From: Alphaproteobacteria bacterium
Lineage (GTDB): Bacteria > Pseudomonadota > Alphaproteobacteria > UBA6615
Direction of reading: 5' to 3'
DNA length: 64,000 nt
Assembly (NCBI GenBank): GCA_965267185.1
Contig: OZ253937.1
Location: 327,030 to 391,029 of the forward strand
In this document: positions 61,013 to 64,000 of the stretch, piece after piece
Layout of the letters: each line of letters opens with the position of its first letter
How positions within the stretch are numbered: position 1 is the first letter of the stretch
Position numbers and translations under genes: made by a program
The notes under the pieces: model-generated
What the model was told of the DNA's origin: nothing
What the model saw: the letters and a program-made list of their open reading frames with translations, nothing else
Databases searched by the model: none

Positions 61013-61807
61013 ATGTCTGGTACCGACCGTACCCAACAGCCCGTGCTTGGCGGGCCGCGCGTCATTCTCATCGAGCCGCAGCTCGGCGAGAATATCGGCG
61101 CGGCGGCGCGCGCCATGCTCAATTGCGGGCTCACCGATCTGGCGCTGGTGAACCCGCGCGAGGGCTGGCCCAACCCCAAGGCCGAGGCGATGTCGGCGGG
61201 GGCGACGGAGGTTCTTGAAAACGCCAAGCTCTTCGACAGCGTCGAGGACGCCATCGCCGGCTTGACCCGGGTCTACGCCACCACTGCGCGCCCGCGCGAC
61301 ATGACCGTGCGGGTGACGACCCCGCGCCAGGCTGCCGCCGAGCTGCGCACCGCCTGGCAGGCGGGCGATACGCTCGGCTTGCTGTTCGGCCCCGAGCGCT
61401 CAGGCATGACCAACGAGCATATCGTGCTGGCCGACAGCGTGATTTCGGTGCCGCTCAACCCGGCCTACGCGTCGCTGAATTTGGCCCAGGCGGTGCTGAT
61501 CGTCGGCTACGAATGGTTCGCCGCCGCCGCCGATGCGCCAGCGGAGCAGCTCATCGAAAACGGCACGCGGCCGGCCAACAAGGAAGAATTGGTGTCCTTC
61601 TTCGACCGGTTCGAGGCCGCACTCGATCAAAGCGGCTTCTTCCGGTCCCCCGATATGCGTCCGTCGATGGTGCTCAATCTGCGCGCCATGCTCCAGCGCG
61701 CGAACCTCACCGAACAGGAGGTGCGCACGCTTCATGGCGTCGTTTCCTCGCTCTCGGGCAGCTGGCGCGACACGCCGAACCAGCGCCGCAAGCGGGGGGA
61801 GGACTGA
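61013..61807 (+). CDS. trmJ: tRNA (C32/U32-2'-O)-methyltransferase TrmJ (SPOUT)
   Basis: PQLGENIGAAARAM.N.G, LFGPERSG, SLNLAQAV, GFF, E..TL.G. Confidence 0.9.
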   Translation: MSGTDRTQQPVLGGPRVILIEPQLGENIGAAARAMLNCGLTDLALVNPREGWPNPKAEAMSAGATEVLENAKLFDSVEDAIAGLTRVYATTARPRDMTVRVTTPRQAAAELRTAWQAGDTLGLLFGPERSGMTNEHIVLADSVISVPLNPAYASLNLAQAVLIVGYEWFAAAADAPAEQLIENGTRPANKEELVSFFDRFEAALDQSGFFRSPDMRPSMVLNLRAMLQRANLTEQEVRTLHGVVSSLSGSWRDTPNQRRKRGED

Positions 61808-61822
61808 GGCGGCAACGTCACA

Positions 61823-61909
61823 CCTCATCCTGAGGAGCCGTTTCGCCCGCCCTTCGAGACGGGCCTAGCGGCCCTCCTCAGGGTGAGGCGAAACGGCGTC
61901 TCGAAGGAT
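61823..61909. repeat. Nested REP composite, second copy
   Basis: Inverted near-copy of 7216-7303. Confidence 0.85.
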
Positions 61910-61951
61910 CGAGTCGTTTGAGCGGGGCTAGGCGGGTTGCGGTTTATGTGC

Positions 61952-62824
61952 CTACGCGCTGGCGCGTTCGAGTTCGCGCACGATATAGTCGCGCAGCCGG
62001 TGCGCGGCAGGGTTGAGATGGGGCGCTTCGATCAGCGCCATCTCGGTGTCTTTGAGGTCGGGCAGGGCGAGCGATTCGTCGTTGAGAATGGTGAGATCGT
62101 CGGGGACCATTTCCTTCGGCAATACGGTCACGCCCAGGCCCGCGCGCACCGCCGCATGGGTGCCGGCGAGCGACGCGCACGTGTAAGTGACACGCCAGGA
62201 CCGGTCGATGGCGTCGAGCGCATCGGTTGCCCGCTTGCGGTATACACAAGGTTGCGGAGACACCGCCAAGGGAATGGCGTCTTCCGCCAAAGCCAGCTCC
62301 CGGCTGGCGGACACCCACACCAGGGGTTCGCGCCACACGCGGATGCCACCGGTTCCGCCGGTCGGTTCGCGCTTCACCAGCGCAATGTCCAACTCGCCCG
62401 CCTCGAAGTCTTCGAGAAGTTCGAGCGTCAACTCGCACGTTACGCTCAAGGTGACGCGGGGATGACTATTGGCGAAGCGCGCCAAGACGCTCGGCAGATG
62501 GCTGGTCGCGAAGTCTTCCGGCGCGCCGAGGCGCACCACGCCGGACACCTCCGGCTCGGTAATGCTCGTGACCAGCTCGTCGTTCAGGTTGAGGATTCGC
62601 CGCGCGTGATCGAGCACCAGCTCGCCCTCGCTGGTCAGCGATATTCGGCGCGGATTGCGCTCAAGCAGGCGAACCCCCAAGCGGTCCTCTAGGCGCTTGA
62701 TCTGGAGCGAAATCGCCGATTGACCGCGCAACAACCGCTCGGCGGCGCGCGAGAAACCGCCGCATTCGACGACCGTAACGAACGCACGCAACAAATCCGG
62801 GTCGATATTGGCGTTGGCGTTCAT
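61952..62824 (-). CDS. LysR-family transcriptional regulator
   Basis: LLRAFV.V...GGFSRAAE.L...QSAIS.QIKRLE HTH; RLGAPEDFA substrate-binding domain. Confidence 0.93.
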   Translation of the reverse strand: MNANANIDPDLLRAFVTVVECGGFSRAAERLLRGQSAISLQIKRLEDRLGVRLLERNPRRISLTSEGELVLDHARRILNLNDELVTSITEPEVSGVVRLGAPEDFATSHLPSVLARFANSHPRVTLSVTCELTLELLEDFEAGELDIALVKREPTGGTGGIRVWREPLVWVSASRELALAEDAIPLAVSPQPCVYRKRATDALDAIDRSWRVTYTCASLAGTHAAVRAGLGVTVLPKEMVPDDLTILNDESLALPDLKDTEMALIEAPHLNPAAHRLRDYIVRELERASA

Positions 62825-62834
62825 GGGCTTCCTT

Positions 62835-62855
62835 ATCATTGAGAATATCAATGAT
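62835..62855. promoter_or_regulatory. Perfect palindrome ATCATTGA-N5-TCAATGAT containing T-N11-A (probable LysR site)
   Basis: Read directly; lies between divergent LysR and icd starts. Confidence 0.65.
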
Positions 62856-62937
62856 AATATTATTAATTATCAATTTCCACAATTAATGGGGCGTCCCTAT
62901 TTAGAGGCGGATATCAACCCTTCAAGGAGTTTCGAAG

Positions 62938-64000
62938 ATGCCGCCATCCACGCTAATCGATGAGCTAGAGTTACCCCAGATTGCAGACGCTGAAGGTAGC
63001 GCCGTTCCGATAACCGTCGCGTTTGGCGACGGTATCGGCCCTGAAATCATGAAGGCGAGCCTAAAGGTGCTCGTTTCGGCGGGCGCGAATATCGCGATCG
63101 AGCCGATCGATATCGGCGAACAGGTCTACTTGTCGGGCCAGACGGCGGGCATAACCGCCGACGCCTGGGACAGCCTGCGCCGCACCAAGGTGTTCTACAA
63201 GGCTCCCATTACGACACCGCAGGGCGGTGGTTACAAAAGCCTCAATGTGACGGTGCGCAAGTCGCTCGGCCTCTTCGCCAATATTCGCCCTTGCACGGCC
63301 TACGCGCCGTTCGTCGCGACCAAGCATCCGGGCATGGATGTGGTGGTGTTTCGCGAGAATGAAGAAGATCTCTATGCCGGCATCGAACACCGGCAGACCG
63401 ACGAGGTTTATCAGTGCCTGAAACTGATCTCGCGGCCGGGCTGCGAGAAGATTGTCCGGCACGCGTTCGAGTACGCCAGCACCTACGGCCGCAAGAAGGT
63501 CACCTGCTTCACTAAAGACAACATCATGAAACTCACCGACGGGCTGTTCCACAAGGTGTTCGATGAGATCGCTGCGGAATATCCGGACATCGAAAACGAA
63601 CATTGGATCGTCGATATCGGCGCGGCGAAGCTGGCCGATACGCCGGAAGCCTTCGACGTCGTGGTTATGCCGAACCTGTACGGTGATGTCTTAAGCGACG
63701 TCGCTGCGCAGATCGCCGGGTCGGTCGGGCTCGCGCCGTCGGCCAATATCGGCGAGCAGTGCGCCATGTTCGAGGCCATTCACGGTTCGGCGCCGCGCCG
63801 TGCCGGACAGGATATCGCCAACCCGTCGGGGCTGCTGCTCGCCGGCGTCATGATGATGGCTCATGTCGGCCAGCGCGAGGTCGCCGAGCGCGTCCACAAC
63901 GCCTGGCTGAAGACCATCGAGGACGGTATCCACACCTACGATATTTTCGACGATACGGTCTCGCAGCAAAAGGTGGGCACGACGGCCTTTGCCGACGCGG
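62938..64000 (+). CDS. icd: NADP-dependent isocitrate dehydrogenase (runs off window)
   Basis: Translated by hand: GDGIGPEI, KAPITTPQGGGYKSLNV, RENEEDLYAGIEH, KDNIMK.TDG, PNLYGD, FEAIHGSAP...G..IANPS. Confidence 0.93.
   Translation, partial: MPPSTLIDELELPQIADAEGSAVPITVAFGDGIGPEIMKASLKVLVSAGANIAIEPIDIGEQVYLSGQTAGITADAWDSLRRTKVFYKAPITTPQGGGYKSLNVTVRKSLGLFANIRPCTAYAPFVATKHPGMDVVVFRENEEDLYAGIEHRQTDEVYQCLKLISRPGCEKIVRHAFEYASTYGRKKVTCFTKDNIMKLTDGLFHKVFDEIAAEYPDIENEHWIVDIGAAKLADTPEAFDVVVMPNLYGDVLSDVAAQIAGSVGLAPSANIGEQCAMFEAIHGSAPRRAGQDIANPSGLLLAGVMMMAHVGQREVAERVHNAWLKTIEDGIHTYDIFDDTVSQQKVGTTAFADA

Overview
GC-rich alphaproteobacterial (Rhodospirillales-like, inferred) chromosomal backbone: cysQ, nrdAB, tRNA-Val(CAC), glmU-glmS, gor, class II DAHP synthase, nadE, cysS-cimA, trmJ, LysR/icd. 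It is interrupted by many small accessory cassettes, and no integrase, transposase or CRISPR was seen. The main structural pattern is that four unrelated core genes (SLC13 permease, glmS, an MFS transporter, nadE) have their last 13-28 codons repeated downstream as orphan in-frame tails, mostly differing at synonymous positions. glmS has two such tails. Each tail brackets cargo: a membrane protein, a CBS/TOPRIM-like/AsnB-like trio, a sigma54-driven cyanate transporter-cyanase operon, a methyltransferase, or only a REP doublet. Other notable items: a probable leaderless Cys-Cys leader peptide upstream of cysS; four tandem LuxR-HTH paralogues next to a PEP-CTERM gene; NrdR, LexA and DnaA-type boxes in the nrdA-SRAP region; and several REP/REPIN-like palindrome families, one with a compensatory base-pair change between copies. 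All calls come from reading sequence and motifs; no database searches were run.
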